Assembly: GCA_963723515.1 (NCBI GenBank)
Contig: CAVRQT010000002.1
Span: forward strand, 416,001 to 480,000
DNA: 64,000 nt
Direction of reading: 5' to 3'
DNA from: Vulcanimicrobiota bacterium
GTDB taxonomy: Bacteria; Vulcanimicrobiota; Vulcanimicrobiia; Vulcanimicrobiales; Vulcanimicrobiaceae
Part shown: positions 46,172-58,223 of the stretch, piece after piece
Layout: the number at the start of each line of letters is the position of its first letter
Position numbering within the stretch: position 1 is the first letter of the stretch
Translations under genes and position numbers: made by a program
The notes under the pieces: model-generated
Seen by the model: the letters and a program-made list of their open reading frames with translations, nothing else
Database searches by the model: none
What the model was told of the DNA's origin: nothing

Positions 46172-47383
46172 CGAGATCAAGCGCGCTGTCGTCGCGGTCG
46201 TCTGCGCGGTGCTGGCAGGTTGCGGAGGTGGCGGCGGCTCCGGCGGTTCATCGCTGCCGAACAATCCACCGCCTCCACCCAACGGTTCGTCGATCGATCA
46301 GATCATCGCGCAGAACTATCCCGGCGGCTGGGGCGTCGAGCTGGCGATTTTCAAGAACGGACAGCCGCTCTACGTTCATGGCTACGGCTTGCGCGATCGC
46401 GGTTTACCGGATTCGTTCGGCGATCACGATATTTGGCGTCGTGCCGCAGCCGGATAAAATCTATAATTTGCCGCGCGGCCAATTCGCACCCGACGCGAAC
46501 ACGCGTTACGATCTCGCGTCGGTAAGCAAGGCGATCACCGCCGGCGCTGTTCTGTTGCTGCAGCAAGACGGCAAGCTGTCCGTCAACGATCCGCTCTCAA
46601 AGTACTTCCCCGCCTTCTCTTATGGAAACCAAATACCGCTGCGTCTACCTTTTGCAGCAGCGCAGCGGGCTTGAAGACTATACCGTCAATCCGGCTTTTG
46701 GAACGGCGTATCGGCAGTTCTTGGCAAGCGGCAACACCGATTACCAAGCGATCGTCAACATGATGGCGTCCTTTCCGCTGCACTTCACCCCCGGCTCCCA
46801 ATACGAATACGACAATTCGAATTATCTGTTGCTTGGACTGATCGTGGCGATGGTTTCCGGCGAACCGTTCGGTACATTTGTGCAACAGCGCATTCTCGCG
46901 CCGCTGGCGATGACGCAAACCACGCAAGGCCTTCCGCCACCGCCGCAAACCGATATTGCGCTCGGTTATGGCGACTTCGGCGGCACGCCGCAACGGATGT
47001 GGCAAGCAAATTTGGCGTGGACACTTGGGGCGGGCGGGTTGGTCTCGACGGTCGGTGATCTAGAGAAATGGGATCAGGCGGTGCGACATCTCGGCATCTT
47101 TACGGCGGCATCGCTCGCGCAGATGTTCACGCCGAACGGATTTCCGCAATCGTTTGGAACGTATGCCGAAGGCTGGGTCATTGCCACGCTCGATGGACAT
47201 CGCTACATCTGGCACGATGGCGAGCTGGATGGCTATATGACGATGAACGCGACGTTCCCTGACGACGGGATCGACATTATCATCCTCACCAACCGCGACT
47301 TAGCCAACGGCCCGTATTTTATCGTGCCGGCGATATTTCCGGTCGCGCTGACGCTCTCAACCTCAACCGCCGCTAAGCGCTAG
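46167..47383 (+). CDS. Serine hydrolase (beta-lactamase/PBP-like) lipoprotein; frameshifts near 46435 and 46650; start uncertain
   Basis: Lipobox LAGC, SxxK (ASVSKA), YxN (YDNSNY), HxG (WHDG). Confidence 0.75.
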
Positions 47384-47477
47384 AAGCCGCTGCGCGTCCT
47401 ACAGAACGTGCAAGAGCGGGATTTCTGTGCACGGCTCGTAAGACGCAATGGCAAGCTTCTTTACACGGAGGTTTCTT

Positions 47478-48047
47478 ATGCACATCGGAAGCAGCGCAGC
47501 ACGCTTTGCGGCAGCGGCATCGATTTTTTGGCTGGTAACGGCCAATGGAAGCGCCCAGCCGAGCATGCATCCTCAGGTTCAACCTGCATCTTCGCTCGTG
47601 AAGGTCAGCGCTTGTAGCCCGCAGCGCCACGGCGACCAAGGCGGCCGTTACTTCGGCTATACGCCCGGTACGGCCGGCCCCGGAAACCTCTATTGGGGAG
47701 ACGCCTACGGGTACAGCTACTACCAACCGCCGGCGTCGCCGTCAAACCCGCATCTCAACATCGCGTACATGAACGTTTCGCATAAGAAGATGACGGCGGT
47801 CGAATTTGGCCTACTCGCTAATGAGATTCTTGTTGGCGAAGTCCGCGACACCGGCACGTTCTCGCCGGGCGCGGAAATCAAACATAAGCTCGGCTTAAAC
47901 CTGAAACTCTTTCCGATTCCAGCCGGTCCCGAGCGATGCGTTCCGCTTCGGATCACCTTCGCAGACGGTACGAAATGGCGAAGTCCACACCTACCGCCCA
48001 AGGGCCACGCCCTCTATTACAATCCGACGCCGCGCGCGACGCCTTAG
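47478..48047 (+). CDS. Secreted hypothetical protein
   Basis: GGAGG RBS, signal peptide, two Cys, VRDTGTFSPGAEIKH. Confidence 0.65.
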   Translation: MHIGSSAARFAAAASIFWLVTANGSAQPSMHPQVQPASSLVKVSACSPQRHGDQGGRYFGYTPGTAGPGNLYWGDAYGYSYYQPPASPSNPHLNIAYMNVSHKKMTAVEFGLLANEILVGEVRDTGTFSPGAEIKHKLGLNLKLFPIPAGPERCVPLRITFADGTKWRSPHLPPKGHALYYNPTPRATP

Positions 48048-48063
48048 CGGACCGCGCTACGCC

Positions 48064-49518
48064 TTAAAACAAATTCCAAAGGTACTGATTGTAAACTTCG
48101 TGGTGGTACTGCACCTCTTGCGCTTTAACCGTGGTGCCGAGTAGCCGCGGGCAGCGGTCCGCGCTGGCCTGTTTGAGATCCGCGTAGCGCTCTTTGACGT
48201 CCGCCCCTAACAGTTGCGTCGTCCACTCCGCTTTGCGGAAGTTATCGAGCGCATCGTAGATGTTGTCCGGCAAGCAGCGATCGGAGCGCCGCAGGTTCTT
48301 GTCCTCTCGGATCGCGCCTTCCAAACCCGTCTTGAAGACGGCCAGCATCACCATGTAAGGATTCGCATCCGGCGCAACGGTGCGCACTTCGATGCGCGCG
48401 CTGCGCTCGTTGCCGATCGGGATGCGAACCATTGAGCCGCGATCGATCGGCGATGCAATCAGCTGATTGGGCGCTTCGAAATGTGGATCGAGCCGGCGAT
48501 ACGCGTTGACGCTCGAGTTGAGCATCAAGCAGATGTCGTTGCCGTGGCTCAAGATCCGATCGACGAACTCCCACGCGAACTTGCTCAGTTTTTCTTCGCC
48601 CGCCGGATCCCAGAAGACGTTGCGGCCATCTTTGGCGACCGAAACGTTGGTGTGCATTCCGCTGCCGTTGACGCCCACGACCGGCTTCGGCAAGAAGCTC
48701 GCCGTTAAACCGAACCGCGTTGCGACTTGCCGGCAGATCAATTTGTATAGCTGAATTTGATCGGCGGCGGCGACGACCTCGCCGTACCCGTAGTTGATTT
48801 CGAATTGCGATGGCGCGACTTCCGGATGATCTTTTTCATTCTCAAAACCCATCGCACGCTGAACCTCAGCGACCGTATCGATGAACGTGCGCAGTGGATC
48901 GCTCGGCAGCGAATGGTAGTAACCGCCGGTATTCACATATTCGAACTTGCCGGTTTCGTGATACCGCCGTTCAGCGTCGAGACCCTGGAAGAGGAAACCT
49001 TCGATTTCATTGGCGGCATTGAGCGTGTAGCCGGCTTTTTCGTAGGAGTCGGTTGAGAGTTTCTTGAGCATTCCGCGGATGTCGCCCGCGAACATCGAAC
49101 CATCGCGGTCGATCACGTTGGCAAAGACGAGCACTTTGCCGGGACCGAAGACGTCGCCCGGCGCCCAATAGAAGGCGCTCCAATCCAAAATGAGCCGCAG
49201 ATCGCTCTCGCGCTGCGCCGTGAATCCGCGAATCGACGAACCGTCAAACGTCAGGTTGTCGCTGTTTTTCAGCAAGAACTTCTTGTCGTAATCCAGCATG
49301 TGCAGGCGACCTTCGAGGTCGCTGAAGAGCACCGTGACGGCTTTGATTCGCTTCTCGTCGTTGAGATAGCTCAAGCGCTGCTCTTGCATCTGCGATGCAG
49401 TGACGCGTTCTTTGCGCTGTCCTTTAGCGCGCAGATTCAGCTCTTCCAGCTCGTCATACGGCAGCATCAGGAAATCGCGCAGTTGGGCTGACGTCTCACG
49501 CAACTCGGTCGGCATCAT
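48064..49518 (-). CDS. glnA: Glutamine synthetase (type I-like)
   Basis: FDGSSIRGF, HPEVAPSQFEI, FLPKP..NGSGMH, NAYRRL, RIEVR. Confidence 0.9.
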   Translation of the reverse strand: MMPTELRETSAQLRDFLMLPYDELEELNLRAKGQRKERVTASQMQEQRLSYLNDEKRIKAVTVLFSDLEGRLHMLDYDKKFLLKNSDNLTFDGSSIRGFTAQRESDLRLILDWSAFYWAPGDVFGPGKVLVFANVIDRDGSMFAGDIRGMLKKLSTDSYEKAGYTLNAANEIEGFLFQGLDAERRYHETGKFEYVNTGGYYHSLPSDPLRTFIDTVAEVQRAMGFENEKDHPEVAPSQFEINYGYGEVVAAADQIQLYKLICRQVATRFGLTASFLPKPVVGVNGSGMHTNVSVAKDGRNVFWDPAGEEKLSKFAWEFVDRILSHGNDICLMLNSSVNAYRRLDPHFEAPNQLIASPIDRGSMVRIPIGNERSARIEVRTVAPDANPYMVMLAVFKTGLEGAIREDKNLRRSDRCLPDNIYDALDNFRKAEWTTQLLGADVKERYADLKQASADRCPRLLGTTVKAQEVQYHHEVYNQYLWNLF

Positions 49519-49520
49519 GT

Positions 49521-49559
49521 CCTAATCTCCTCGGCGGCGGGGTATGGGCCGAGGTTAGG
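49521..49559 (-). promoter_or_regulatory. RBS-sequestering hairpin in the glnA leader
   Basis: mRNA CCUAACCUCGGC...GCCGAGG-AGA-UUAGG-ac-AUG; stem covers GAGGAG. Confidence 0.5.
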
Positions 49560-49655
49560 CCGCGCTCCACGTGCGCCTTTATGCATTTGGTAAGACGCAG
49601 GGCTGCGCCACGCACGGAATGGCCTGTGTATAAGGAAGAGCGATCTAGCCGGCCA

Positions 49656-49712
49656 CCGAACGGTCGGCTCACTTCCGGCCAAGATCGGTCGCTGCGTCCT
49701 CGAGAGGTGAGC
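49656..49712 (+). promoter_or_regulatory. Structured amtB leader (tandem hexaloop hairpins, anti-SD)
   Basis: CCG-AACGGT-CGG, GGCC-AAGATC-GGTC; GCTCACTTC can pair with GAGGTGAGC. Confidence 0.4.
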
Positions 49713-49715
49713 GTT

Positions 49716-50966
49716 ATGAGCACCGGCGTCGTGCCACTGAACATCGGCAACACGGCTTTCATGCTGATCTGCGCGAGCTTGGTCATGCTGATGACGCCGG
49801 GCCTCGCCTTCTTTTACGGTGGCCTCGTCGCACGCAAGAACGTGCTGACGATCATGATTCAGAGCTTCATGTCGCTCGGCTGGACGACCGTATTGTGGTT
49901 TGTGTTCGGATATTCGCTCTGTTTTGCGCCCAATTGGAACGGTCTCGGAATCGTCGGCAATCCGTTTCACTACGCGTTCTTGCGCGGCGTAACGCTGCAT
50001 ACGATGTTCACGGGCAACGACGCGGGCATACCTCTCGTCGTACACGTCGCCTACCAGATGATGTTCGCGATCATCACGCCGGCGCTGATCACCGGTGCAT
50101 TCGCCAATCGCGTGACCTTCAAGGCCTACTTTCTCTTCCTCACCGGCTGGCTGGTCTTCGTATACTTTCCGTTCGTGCACATGATTTGGGCCTCCGACGG
50201 TTTGCTTGCAAAGTGGGGCGTCGAAGATTTTGCCGGCGGCATCGTCGTTCACGCGAGCGCCGGCTTTGCCGCGCTGGCGTCGGTCCTTTTTATCGGCCGG
50301 CGTTACGTGCTGGAGAATAAGCCGCACAATGTGCCGCTGATCGCACTTGGAACCGGACTATTGTGGTTTGGCTGGTACGGTTTTAACGCCGGCTCGGAGT
50401 TGCGAGTCGACGCGGTGACCGCGTCGGCGTTCCTGAACACGGACCTCGCCGCTTCGTTCGCCGCGATCACTTGGCTCTTGGTCGAATGGGCGCACGGCCG
50501 GCAACCGAAGTTCGTCGGTTTGTTGACCGGCGCGGTAGCGGGATTGGCGACCATTACGCCGGCCGCTGGGTACGTTGCGCCGGCAACGGCAGTGCTCATC
50601 GGCATTCTTTCCGGCGTCATCTGCTACTATGCCGTCGCGCTCAAAAACCGGCTGCGCTGGGATGATGCGCTCGACGTTTGGGGCGTTCACGGAGTTGGCG
50701 GTTTCCTCGGCATCACGCTGCTGGGACTCTTCGGATCGCAGGCGTGGAATCCGAGCGGTTCAAATGGGCTTTTCTTCGGCGGCGCGTCGTTCTTTGGAAA
50801 GCAACTCACTGCCGCGCTCGCCTGCAGCGCGTGGGCATTTGTTTTTACCTACGGCATGCTCTGGTTGATTGGCCGGGTCACGATCACGAAGGTCGATCGG
50901 TTGGCGGAAGAACGCGGGCTCGACATGGAACTGCACGGCGAGGAGGCGTATCCGCTCGGCGTCTAG
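49716..50966 (+). CDS. amtB: Ammonium transporter
   Basis: LMTPGLAFFYGG, YQMMFAIITPALITGA, DFAGGIVVH, GWYGFNAGS, DDALDVWGVHG. Confidence 0.95.
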   Translation: MSTGVVPLNIGNTAFMLICASLVMLMTPGLAFFYGGLVARKNVLTIMIQSFMSLGWTTVLWFVFGYSLCFAPNWNGLGIVGNPFHYAFLRGVTLHTMFTGNDAGIPLVVHVAYQMMFAIITPALITGAFANRVTFKAYFLFLTGWLVFVYFPFVHMIWASDGLLAKWGVEDFAGGIVVHASAGFAALASVLFIGRRYVLENKPHNVPLIALGTGLLWFGWYGFNAGSELRVDAVTASAFLNTDLAASFAAITWLLVEWAHGRQPKFVGLLTGAVAGLATITPAAGYVAPATAVLIGILSGVICYYAVALKNRLRWDDALDVWGVHGVGGFLGITLLGLFGSQAWNPSGSNGLFFGGASFFGKQLTAALACSAWAFVFTYGMLWLIGRVTITKVDRLAEERGLDMELHGEEAYPLGV

Positions 50967-50972
50967 CGCATC

Positions 50973-53348
<2,376 letters not shown>

Positions 53349-53371
53349 CTATCTAGAATGACGCTAGCAGC

Positions 53372-53797
53372 GTGGATCGCAGCGTGAGAGCGCCCGCTAG
53401 CAAGCGGTTGCCGCACAATTATGGGCTGATCAACGACATCGTTCACAAACAACGTCGCGGCATCCATCTATCCGTTGCGGATGTTTACGCGCTGGCCAAA
53501 GGGCGCCGTTTGGGCATCGGCTTCACAACCGTTTATCGCGCCCTGACGAGATTGCGCGACCTCGGCTTGATCTCCGAGATCCGTTTACCGGGCGCCGACA
53601 GCGCCTACTATGAAGCCGCAGGTGAGGCACATGCCCACTTTCGCTGTGACCTCTGCGGTAGTATTCAAGACATCGCCTATGTACCATCAAAACGCGTCGT
53701 CGGCCAACTCGCCGAAGATCACGGCATCGAAGTCAACGATGTGCTCGTGAGCCTGCACGGCCGCTGCGCAGTTTGCCGAGAAAGAGAGTCAGCATGA
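53372..53797 (+). CDS. Fur-family regulator (PerR/FurA-like)
   Basis: HLSVADVY, TTVYRAL, HAHFRCDLCG, GRCAVC. Confidence 0.88.
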   Translation: MDRSVRAPASKRLPHNYGLINDIVHKQRRGIHLSVADVYALAKGRRLGIGFTTVYRALTRLRDLGLISEIRLPGADSAYYEAAGEAHAHFRCDLCGSIQDIAYVPSKRVVGQLAEDHGIEVNDVLVSLHGRCAVCRERESA

Positions 53798-54735
53798 AGT
53801 CCGCCCTCCTGAGCGTCTTATTTGCATTCGGCGCCGTCTTTTCGTTCAGCGCCATCGGTGCAAGTGCACAAACACCGGCCTCGAGCTTTGACGTCGGTTC
53901 GATTCACGTCGACAAATATGGTTCGGGCGAGCCGGCCCTCATTTTGATTCCCGGATTAACCGACAGCGCTGCCGTTTGGACCGGCACGATCGCCCGTTTC
54001 GCACCGACGCATACGATTTACGCGGTGACGCTCGGCGGATTCGGCGGGAGACCGGCGCCTGCTGCGCCGCTGCTCGACAAGGCAGATGCCGACCTTACGG
54101 CATTGATCACGCAGCAGAATATCAACCGGCCCGTCGTGATTGGCCACAGCATGGGCGGTTTTCTGGTGCTTCGCCTCGCGGCCGAACACAGCAATCTGTT
54201 GCGAGGCGTCGTTTCGGTCGATGGCACGCCGGTGTTGCCGGGCTACGAAAATCAAACAGCGGCGCAGCGAAGCGCCGCTGCGGCGCAAATGAGCGGGCCA
54301 ATCCGATCGATGTCGGCAGCGCAGCTTGAGGCTGCCGGACGTCAAATGATGCTTCCTTATCTTACTCAGCCACGAAATTTGGATGCTGTCGCCGCGGCCG
54401 GACATGGCGCGGATCCGGCGGCGACCGCTCAATATTTCGATGAATTGTATGCCGCCGATTTGCGCTCCCAGCTTTCGAACATCACGGTTCCGGTGCTCGA
54501 GCTGATGCCGTTTGATGCCTCGATCGATCCGCAGAATCCGACCAAACCCTTTCGGACCGCGGCGCAAAAACGGCAATACTACATGGGACTGCTGGCAAAT
54601 GCGAAAACCGCACGGATTGCCGTCGTCAACAATTCGCGCCACTTTATCATGTACGATCAGCCGGAGCAGTTTTACGCGCTGGTCCAGAACTTTTTGGGAC
54701 AGCTTGCGCTTGGCTGGTTGCCCGCAGCGGCGTAA
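53794..54735 (+). CDS. Secreted alpha/beta hydrolase
   Basis: Signal peptide, LIPGL, GHSMGG, SRHFIMYDQP. Confidence 0.85.
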   Translation: MKSALLSVLFAFGAVFSFSAIGASAQTPASSFDVGSIHVDKYGSGEPALILIPGLTDSAAVWTGTIARFAPTHTIYAVTLGGFGGRPAPAAPLLDKADADLTALITQQNINRPVVIGHSMGGFLVLRLAAEHSNLLRGVVSVDGTPVLPGYENQTAAQRSAAAAQMSGPIRSMSAAQLEAAGRQMMLPYLTQPRNLDAVAAAGHGADPAATAQYFDELYAADLRSQLSNITVPVLELMPFDASIDPQNPTKPFRTAAQKRQYYMGLLANAKTARIAVVNNSRHFIMYDQPEQFYALVQNFLGQLALGWLPAAA

Positions 54736-54776
54736 CCTGAGCCGCACAGAGAGGCGTTTAAGAATATAGGAGACCT

Positions 54777-55832
54777 ATGCTGACCCTCGACCCGGCTCCG
54801 TTCCCGAAGCCGGACCTCCTTTACACGCCTGCCGTTGCCGCGGAAACCGCGGTGCTCTTCGAACGCGTCTCGCGCATTATTCCGGCCGTCGAGTGGCCGA
54901 TATTCGCGCCGTTCATCGCAGAAATCAATCGCTTGAAACGGGAGCGTAACGCCGTTATTTTGGCGCACAACTACCAAGTTCCGGAGATCTTTCACACCGT
55001 CGCAGACATTGTCGGAGATTCGCTCGGCCTTGCGCTTGACGCCGCCAAGACGAATGCCGACGTGATCGTTCTGTGCGGAGTCCATTTCATGGCCGAAACG
55101 GCGAAGCTGGTCAATCCATCCAAGACGGTGCTCGTTCCGGATTTGCGCGCCGGCTGTTCGCTCGCCGAATCAATCACCGCCGCAGATGTGCAATTGATGC
55201 GGCAACGCTATCCGAAAGCGCCGGTCGTCACATACGTCAACACGTCAGCGGCGGTAAAAGCAGAATCGGATATCTGCTGCACGTCAGGCAATGCCGTTGC
55301 AATCGTGAAATCGCTCGGTGTACCGCGGGTGATCTTTCTCCCCGACGAATATCTTGCCAAGTACGTCGCCTCGCAACTTCCCGACGTCGAGATCGTCGCT
55401 TGGAAAGGGCATTGCGAAGTGCACGAACGCTTCACCGGCGCGGAGCTTCGCAAATACCGCGAAGACGACCCGACGATCCGGGTGCTCGCGCACCCCGAAT
55501 GTCCGCCGGACGTTCTCGCCGAGGCGGACTTCGTCGGTTCGACCTCCGCAATGAGCCGCTATGTGTCCGGTCTCGGAAATCAAGCGGTCCGATCGCCGCG
55601 CGTCGTCATGATCACGGAGTGCTCGATGGCGGACAACGTCGCTGTCGATAATCCGCACGTCGAGTTCATTCGACCGTGCAATCTGTGTCCGCACATGAAG
55701 CGCACCACGCTCCCTAAAGTGCTGCATTCGCTCCAGACAATGCAGTATGAGGTGACAATCGATCCGTCCGTCGCCGCGCGTGCGCGCACCGCTGTCGAAC
55801 GGATGCTGGAATTCAGCCGCCCGAAAGCATGA
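54777..55832 (+). CDS. nadA: Quinolinate synthase
   Basis: [37 protein letters not shown]. Confidence 0.95.
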   Translation: MLTLDPAPFPKPDLLYTPAVAAETAVLFERVSRIIPAVEWPIFAPFIAEINRLKRERNAVILAHNYQVPEIFHTVADIVGDSLGLALDAAKTNADVIVLCGVHFMAETAKLVNPSKTVLVPDLRAGCSLAESITAADVQLMRQRYPKAPVVTYVNTSAAVKAESDICCTSGNAVAIVKSLGVPRVIFLPDEYLAKYVASQLPDVEIVAWKGHCEVHERFTGAELRKYREDDPTIRVLAHPECPPDVLAEADFVGSTSAMSRYVSGLGNQAVRSPRVVMITECSMADNVAVDNPHVEFIRPCNLCPHMKRTTLPKVLHSLQTMQYEVTIDPSVAARARTAVERMLEFSRPKA

Positions 55833-57379
55833 AGCAGCCAACCCTCCGCACCGATGTGGCCATCGCCGGTGCCGGCATTGCCGGTTTGATGACGGCGCTG
55901 AAGCTCGCTCCGCTCAAGGTAGCGGTCATCTGCAAGCAGCGCTTGGGCATCGGCGCCGCGACACAGTGGGCGCAAGGGGGAATCGCCGCAGCGGTGGGTC
56001 CCGACGATTCGCCCGCGCTGCACTCGCTCGACACGCGCCGCGCAGGCGCAGGCTTATCCGATGAAGTCGTCGTCGACATTTTGACGCGTGACGCACCGGC
56101 GCGCGTTGAAGAGTTGCTGGCTCTCGGCGCACATTTCGATCGCGCGCGCAGCGGCGAGCTCGCGCTCGGCCTCGAGGCAGCGCACAATCGGCGGCGGATC
56201 GTCAAAGCGGGCGGCGACGCGACAGGGGAAGAGATTCTTCGCACGTTGATTGCCGCGGTGCGCAGCGCGAGCTGGATCAACGTCTATGAAGATGTCATTG
56301 CGGACGATCTGATCGTGCAAGACTGTCAGGTTGTCGGCATCCGTGCGCACTCTAAAGAGAATGGCGCCTTTGATATCCTTGCCGCTGCAACGATCGTTGC
56401 AACCGGCGGGCTCGGCCAGGTTTACGCGTGCACGACGAACCCCTCACAAGCCACGGGTGATGGCGTCGCGATGGCTGCGCGCGCGGGTGCAACGCTCGCG
56501 GACATGGAGTTCGTGCAGTTCCACCCGACGGCGATCGACATCGGCGCCGATCCGATGCCGCTCGCGACCGAAGCACTCCGCGGCGAAGGGGCAACGCTCG
56601 TTCTGAGCGACGGCACGCGTTTCATGGAGGGTGAGCACCCGAACGCCGAACTGGCACCGCGCGACGTCGTCGCACGCGCGATCTATCGGCGGCTCGCTGA
56701 CGGTGACGCCGCGTTCTTGGATGCGCGCACGGCAATCGGTGACGGGTTCCCACGACGATTTCCGACCGTCTTTGCGGCATGCACGAGCGCGGGAATCGAT
56801 CCGCGCAACCAGTTGATTCCTGTTGCGCCGGCTGCGCATTATCATATGGGCGGCATCGCGGTCGATCGTTGGGGCCGAACGTCATTGCCACGATTGTGGG
56901 CGTGCGGAGAAGCAAGCGCGACCGGAATCCACGGCGCGAACCGCTTGGCAAGCAATTCACTGCTCGAAGCCGTCGTCTATGGCTCCCGCGTCGCGGAAGA
57001 CGTCAAGCGACAATACGAGCCGGCTCCCGCGCGCATCGTCCAGCACCGGGCGCCGCCGAGGATCGCAACACGACCCGAAGGACAAATTGTGAATTCGTTG
57101 CGCCAGCTGATGTACGAGCGTGCCGGCGTCATTCGCAATGGGAAGGATCTGCAAGCGGCCCTCGATACGATTGCGCAATTCGAATGCGACGCCATCGAGA
57201 CGCGAACGCGCAACCTATTGACGGTCGGACGTTTGATCGCAACGGCAGCGCTCGAGCGGAAAGAGAGCCGCGGCAGCCACTACCGTGAGGACTATCCGGC
57301 GACGAATCCGACGCTTGCCAAGCGTTCGTTCATCAACGCTTCAGAGCCGCCGCACGTAGAGAAACCGTCGATTGCCTAA
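55829..57379 (+). CDS. nadB: L-aspartate oxidase
   Basis: [49 protein letters not shown]. Confidence 0.95.
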   Translation: MKQPTLRTDVAIAGAGIAGLMTALKLAPLKVAVICKQRLGIGAATQWAQGGIAAAVGPDDSPALHSLDTRRAGAGLSDEVVVDILTRDAPARVEELLALGAHFDRARSGELALGLEAAHNRRRIVKAGGDATGEEILRTLIAAVRSASWINVYEDVIADDLIVQDCQVVGIRAHSKENGAFDILAAATIVATGGLGQVYACTTNPSQATGDGVAMAARAGATLADMEFVQFHPTAIDIGADPMPLATEALRGEGATLVLSDGTRFMEGEHPNAELAPRDVVARAIYRRLADGDAAFLDARTAIGDGFPRRFPTVFAACTSAGIDPRNQLIPVAPAAHYHMGGIAVDRWGRTSLPRLWACGEASATGIHGANRLASNSLLEAVVYGSRVAEDVKRQYEPAPARIVQHRAPPRIATRPEGQIVNSLRQLMYERAGVIRNGKDLQAALDTIAQFECDAIETRTRNLLTVGRLIATAALERKESRGSHYREDYPATNPTLAKRSFINASEPPHVEKPSIA

Positions 57380-58223
57380 TGATCTGCTGAACGAGCAGAT
57401 CGTGCGCGCCGCCCTCCTTGAAGATATCGGCCGCGGCGGCGACGTCACCACCGATTCTATCGTCGGGGCAGAAGTCACAACGCGTGCGGCTATCGTCGCG
57501 CGGAAATCGGGTTTCGTCGCGGGCCAGGATGCATCACGCTCGACATTCGCGCTCTTAGACGGTCGAGTGCAGTACGAGATCCTCGCTCCGGACGGTGCCC
57601 AAATCGGCGCCGGCACCGCGATCGCACGGCTCAGTGGCCCGGCGCGCGCAATCCTCACCGGCGAACGCACGGCGCTCAACTTCTTAGGACATCTCTCAGG
57701 AATCGCAACGGCTGCGCATACGCTCGTCGAACGCGCCGGCGCTTATCGCGCGCAGATCGTTTGCACGCGCAAAACAACGCCGGGGTTGCGGGCCTTGGAA
57801 CGCGCCGCCGTTGTGGCGGGGGGCGCAAGCCTGCATCGCTACGGTCTGGACGACGCCGTTCTGGTCAAAGACAACCATCTGATGCTCTCGGGCGGCATCA
57901 CGCAAGCCGTTACCGCCGTGCGCCGAAGGATTGGGCACATGCTGAAGGTTGAAGTTGAAGCCGATACTCTTGAGCAACTGCATGAAGCACTCGAGCTGCC
58001 GATCGATGCAGTGCTGCTCGACAATATGACGATTGAAACGCTGCGAGAGGCGGTGTCGATCGTCAACGGGCGAGTGATCACCGAAGCCTCAGGCTCCGTG
58101 ACGCCGGAGAACGTGGCAGAAATTGCAAGTACGGGCGTCGATTTGATCTCGAGCGGCTGGATCACGCACAGCGCGCCGGCGCTCGACTTCGGCCTCGACA
58201 TCGATCCGAGAGGCGCCGGTTGA
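57372..58223 (+). CDS. nadC: Nicotinate-nucleotide pyrophosphorylase
   Basis: EDIGRGGDVTT, TRKTTPG, KDNH, LLDNM, EASG. Confidence 0.95.
   Translation: MPNDLLNEQIVRAALLEDIGRGGDVTTDSIVGAEVTTRAAIVARKSGFVAGQDASRSTFALLDGRVQYEILAPDGAQIGAGTAIARLSGPARAILTGERTALNFLGHLSGIATAAHTLVERAGAYRAQIVCTRKTTPGLRALERAAVVAGGASLHRYGLDDAVLVKDNHLMLSGGITQAVTAVRRRIGHMLKVEVEADTLEQLHEALELPIDAVLLDNMTIETLREAVSIVNGRVITEASGSVTPENVAEIASTGVDLISSGWITHSAPALDFGLDIDPRGAG

Noticed and set aside
49570..49586. AAAGGC ANTAR-like loop in the glnA leader (minus strand)
   Set aside because: Flanking bases do not form a proper stem and no second hairpin was found
54736..54776. NAD riboswitch or operator upstream of nadA
   Set aside because: Only 41 bp with an RBS; no convincing structure or palindrome
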